Assembly (NCBI GenBank): GCA_950097015.1
Contig: CATNEN010000039.1
Coordinates: 10,230,001-10,294,000, forward strand
Source: Macrostomum hystrix
Lineage: Eukaryota > Animalia > Platyhelminthes
Length of the DNA: 64,000 bases
Direction of reading: 5' to 3'
The notes beneath the pieces are model-generated. The model searched no databases, was not told the origin of the DNA, and was given only the letters and a program-made list of their open reading frames with translations. Made by a program: the position numbers and the translations under genes. Position 1 is the stretch's first letter; the number at the start of each line of letters is the position of its first letter. Positions 59,248 through 64,000 of the stretch are shown one piece after another.

Positions 59248-61932
59248 GAAGTCGCTGCCCGCAAGCGCAGCGTCCAGCTGCCTCTCCAATGCGTCCGTCA
59301 GGGACCAGGTCTCTGCGTTATAAAGCGTTATACGTTATATCTCTGCGTTATGATGGATGCCCCTCCCCCGATGATGCGGCAGAGGGCAAGGATCTGCGTC
59401 ACTTTACCGCGATGTGTGCGGAACCCGTTCGGCTCAGGGCGCAGGATCTGGTCCAGCATGGGCTGTGACAGAGCTAGCAGCACTAGGTTGAACTGCTTCG
59501 CGGCGCAGGACATCAGCAGCGAGATCCCCCTTTGCCAGCGAGATTTGCCAGCGAGATCCCCCTGGGAGAGCAATGGTCTGCGCCTTCACGAGGCGCTCTC
59601 TGAAGGGGCTTACGGCCCTCGAAATGCAGGCCACCTACAGGCCCTCACCGAGCCCTCCCCAGCAGCCTGTACCTTCTGCAACTCGGAGGGCGTCAATGTC
59701 AAGATGCCCGAACTGTGCAAGCTGATGTCGGACCTGCACGTTGACGTGGCGTATCTGCAGGAGACCCACACTACCGAGGGACGGAAACCGCGTCTGCCGG
59801 GTTTCAACACAATCTGGCGCCATCTTCGAAGTCAAAGCCCGCGCTCCGGTGGTCCCACGTGTGGAGGAGGCGTCGCGATCCTCATCCGCGAAGGGCTGCG
59901 CTACGAGGTGCTGCATGCGTCCATGCGCGCCAGACGACGTCACCACGGAGTGGGCTGGCCTCCGGGTCTTCCCGTCTGAAAAGAGCGTCGAGAGCCTGGA
60001 CATCCACTGCATCTATGTCCCCCCATCAGAGCTGCCGAAGGCTACGACCGCGCTCAGCATTTCAGCCCCCAGCACCTCCCGTCTAGTACCCGTTCTAGAC
60101 GAGGCGACCTGAACGCGCACCATCCGGCCTGGGACCCCCAGTCGGAGGAATCGGCGCTCGGGACTGCTAACTTCGAATGGTCCGTGCTGTCCGACATGCG
60201 AGTCCTGAACGACTACAGCCCCACCCATAAGCCGCCGCGCGCTGGGGCACAGCAGGCAACGACTGACGTCAGCTTGTGTCACAAATCGCTCGCTAACCGG
60301 ACTGAGTGGAAGGTTCAGGAAGACGTTGGTTCCGACCACCTACCAATCAGCGTCACGTTCTACCACAGCCGAGGTGCGGCCAAACGCGCTGGTGCCGCCC
60401 GTAGGGCCTGGGCGAAAGCGGACTGGACGAGCTTTCGTGCCCAGACTGACGAGCTGTCCGGATGGGAGGCCAGCCTCGGTCTGCGAGCCAAACAGGGTGA
60501 TCACTAACGACATCAAAGCGGCCGATAAGACCTGCGTCCCTCGCGGGGCGCGACCTTCTGCGAAGGCCTGGTGGACCCCAGAAGTCGACGAAGCCGTCAA
60601 AGACCGCCACGCGGCCCGTGCCGCGGCCAACGCCGACCTTAACTAGCGCCCGGTATGGAACCAAGCTTGCGCTGCTGCCAAGAAAACGATCGGCGACGCC
60701 AAGCACGAGTCCTGGAGAACCTTTGCTGGCGAGGTGGTAGCGGACAGAGCCCACTCCAAGATCTGTAGAGTTGTTCGCTCCCTGGAAGGTAAAAGCAGCA
60801 ACACGCAACGTGACGCGTCGCTCCGCGTCGGTCAGAAGATGCTGGTCCGATTAAAGGACATCGCTATAAGGCCTACGCCCGTGAAAATGTCGCCGTCAGC
60901 CGCCTCCCGCAGGACCGCCGCACTCGCGAACTTCGCCGCAGAAACTTCCGTAGCAGCGCCCCCAGGCGGACTCTGACTGCTCAGAGAGCAGAGAGTTTGC
61001 CAAGCCCTTCACCGGCCGATGAGATTGGCTCCTAGCTCCCGATTGCTCTGACCTCCAACCTGGCTAAGTTGGCCGAGCGGTTGGTACAAGCGCGGCTGAA
61101 CTGGTGGGCCGAGTCCCGGCACCTGCTGCACCCCGCCCTGGCCGGTCTCTGCAAGCGGTGCAGCACCGAGGACCAGATTGCCCGGCTTACCCAGCTAATC
61201 AGAGATGGCCACCAAGCGTCACATGCCAGAAGAACAATCGTCGTCCTTTTTGACTTTCGCAGGGCGTACGACACGGTCTGGAAGCAGGGCCTGCTGCACA
61301 GACTACATGCCGCCAGGATCCCAACCGCGGGCGTCCGCTGGCTGACCATTTTCCTGGCTGACCGTCCTCGAAAACCCAAGTTCACCTGTAGTGCATGGGT
61401 GCCCGGTCATGCAGGCATCCCCGGGAACGAGGCCGTCGACAAGATCGCCAAGCGGGGCACGCGGCTTGAGCAGGACGCCGCGCTTATCCCTCTCATGGCG
61501 GCACAATCTGCCATCCGCCGCCACACAGCCTCTGTCGCTGACAAGAAATGTACTTCGCCGCCTGTGCTAGTTCGCTAGCGTGGCATGTCGCCTGCACCGC
61601 GGGCCGCCTTCCACCGACGCCGGCGAAGGAGCTCACCTGGCTAACAAGAGCGGCTAATCTGCCAACTACTCTCCGACCGCTGCCCGTCTCTGCGAGGCTT
61701 TCAGGCGTTAATATTTCGCCCAACTGCCGCCTCTGTGGCGAGGGCGAGGAGACGGCCGTCCACCTACTCATTAACTGCCCTGCCCATCGCTGCCGCCTCT
61801 GGGGCCCCAACCCGGAGCCCGCGTTGGTTTTTACTAACTAATTTGCTGTGCTGGACCTCCTCGATAAAGCGGGCGTCCTCTGATTCCCGGTGCCATGGGC
61901 GACAGCCCGAGCACGCACGAAACAGAAGAAGA
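59173..61932 (+). mobile_element. Decayed Ingi/I-group non-LTR retrotransposon (APE endonuclease, RT remnant, RNase H remnant, CCHC finger)
   Basis: APE motifs DVAYLQETH, GGGVAIL, GDLNAHHPAWD, GSDHLPI; linker KAWWTPEV; RT motifs PIALTSNLAKLAERLV and VLFDFRRAYDTVW; RNase H end WVPGHAGIPGNEAVDKIAK; CRLCGEGEETAVHLLINCP. There are frameshifts, stops and internal deletions. The 3' end is placed tentatively at agaagaaga. Confidence 0.88.
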
Positions 61933-62481
61933 TTCTCCCTGTGCTCTAGCTCCCTTCCGTGTCGAGCCTGACTTCTTCGGAATCATGACGATGTGGAAGT
62001 TTTCCAATCGTGTCCACAACCATCACAGCCTATACAGACACTGATTGATTTACTCCCTTATTAAATTTTCGAGATTAACGATGGCCATGAAGAGTGAAAC
62101 AGTGGCATAAAGTTAAATTGAACAACTTCGAATTGCGGCGACATCCCACCTGTGTGATTTAAGCTGGTAGTCCACATTTAGCAATCAATTTGGCAGCCAT
62201 TTCTTTTTTAATATCATAAGAGTGGAGGTTCCGTCTTGTCAATGCGTTGATCACAGTATAAACGGATTTGACAGGCGGAAGCCTGTTTTTTTACTCGCTT
62301 ACAATAAGTATCATTTTATATAATGTTTCTTTAAATGCTTTTTATAAACTATATGACGTCTTTTTATTAGTTGTTCTTTGTTTGAACTGTTTGATAACCC
62401 GTAGCAACCGATCTGTGAATGTGGCATGAATTGGACTCAGGTAACAAAGCCACAATTTCTGTTTCGTTATTTCTTGCTGCA

Positions 62482-64000
62482 ATGGCTTTCTTTAGTCGAG
62501 ATGTCCTGAAGTGGCTGCAGAGTTTAGATCTTTCATTGCAAATAAAAAGTCCAAAATGGTAATTTTGACTGCTTCTTACGTTTTTATGATATTCTTTTCA
62601 TCGAAAAGCATATTCATACCATGATATATTATATATATTATGACCTGCTTTTAACTTTTAAGGGATTTTGCCAACGGATACCTGGTGGCTGAAATTCTCT
62701 ACTGGTACTTTCCGAACGAAGTCAGCATGCATTCTTTTGTCAATGGAAATTCCTTAGAGATTAAGGTAAAAAACTGGGCCCTATTAAAAGAGATTTTCAA
62801 AAGGCGTCAGTTTTGCCTACCAGAGAAGTTGATTGAAGGAACATTGCACTGCAAGAAAGATGCAGCCATTTTACTAGTTAATCTTCTTTTCGAGATTCTA
62901 ACCTGTAAAAGGTAATTCTTATATTTACAGTTGATTGCCAAATACTTTACAAAAAATACAGCAGTTTTCTTTTTTTGCGTGAAAAAAAGTAATGTATGTT
63001 AATCGTATATTACATTAGAATCACTATGTAGCCAAAAGAAAACTTGTTGTAATCGACATTAATACTACAGTTAATTCATTCGACCGGTCAGTTTATTTCA
63101 GTCAGATTTGACACATTTATAACACGTCTTAAGAAATAAGTGCCTTTCATTTAGTGTCAGATTTGCAAGTTATTCTTATATATACTCTGCAAACTGAAAT
63201 TAGAAATAATATGTTCATAGAAAGCACTGCTAAAGCTCTATTCAATTATTTAATGCCTCTAAAAGCTCAATTTTATTCAGGAATTTCTTGTAAATTTTCA
63301 TGATAAAATCGCACGAGACACTGAGTAGGGCATTCCTACTTGTCGAAGTAGAAATCAAATTACAACAAAGTAATATAAGTAAGTATAATATAGTCTCGTT
63401 ATTTATGCATGACTTTGTGAAAATGAATTCTAAATCATTAATTTTTTGATTTTTTTTGTCGTGATGTTTTTTACTAGTTGAAAGCATAATTATAAAGTAT
63501 AAAGCAATAGAGTATACCATGCACTTACTTTCAAACTTGAGATGTCACTTGGTGTAATTATTTTTTTAAATTTACTATTATAACTGCAATTTGCCACAAA
63601 TTTATTATCTACAGTTTTTTGTTTAACTTAGCAGTCTTACCATCGGAAAATATTGTTAAAGCAAAAGTTCTAACTCTTTTGCACTTTAGTTGCTCTTTTG
63701 CATGAAGAATAATTATGGATGATCAATACCTCCTTTGTCAGTGTTTAACAACTTTGTTTTATTGCTTGGCATCACTGTCTCGAGTATTTCATTAATGCTG
63801 CAGTGCATTCGATGATCATGACCAATGCTCTCCTGTACATTTGCTCCGCCAGCGCTATCGTGTACTGCAGCGGAAAGCTTGACGATTCGGAATATCAACG
63901 ATCGCTGACTCTGCACGCCAGGTCCACGGCTGCCAAGACGCTGAAGAATAATTTGAGCAGCTCAGAACTGGCTGCTCAACAAGATATCGATGCTAATCGA
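62482..64000 (+). CDS. SPATA4: SPATA4 (SPEF1-family CH-like domain protein), partial
   Basis: Phase-consistent exons 62482-62558, 62663-62911, 63853-64000+. Translation: SRDVLKWLQSLDLS...WDFANGYLVAEILYWYFP...SFVNGNSLEIKVKNWALL...LIEGTLHCK...YQRSLTLHARSTAAKTLKNNL. Confidence 0.9.

Noticed and set aside
59245-59700. 2A self-processing peptide, which occurs in some Ingi-type elements
   Set aside because: No DxExNPGP motif was seen in the supplied translations of this region.
63713-63916. Minus-strand 67-aa ORF
   Set aside because: It is the antisense shadow of SPATA4 exon 3 and its preceding intron.

Overview
Eukaryotic (metazoan) genomic DNA with GT-AG introns, GC-rich exons and a very high density of 18-58 bp minisatellites. 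This organisation resembles the flatworm Macrostomum; the species assignment is inference only. Left to right the window holds: the 5' part of a spliced hAT transposon (minus strand, TIR ending at 2198); a two-exon divergent homeobox gene (+); four minus-strand multi-exon genes (MTUS1/2-like coiled-coil protein, class-5 semaphorin, WASH1, TFCP2/LSF-type factor); tRNA-derived SINEs; a solo LTR; a decayed Ingi/I-group non-LTR retrotransposon; and the first three exons of SPATA4 (+). Exon chains were built by hand and checked for phase. The most notable observations are: (1) a complete HDV-like double-pseudoknot ribozyme fold at the 5' end of the LINE, overlapping its start ATG; (2) a minisatellite made of about 10 tandem tRNA/SINE heads with Pol III A and B boxes; (3) introns almost entirely filled by intron-private minisatellites, some carrying splice-signal words; (4) a homeodomain with Arg in place of the near-invariant Asn51. 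Most long ORFs in the supplied track are minisatellite artefacts. Repeat boundaries are approximate.
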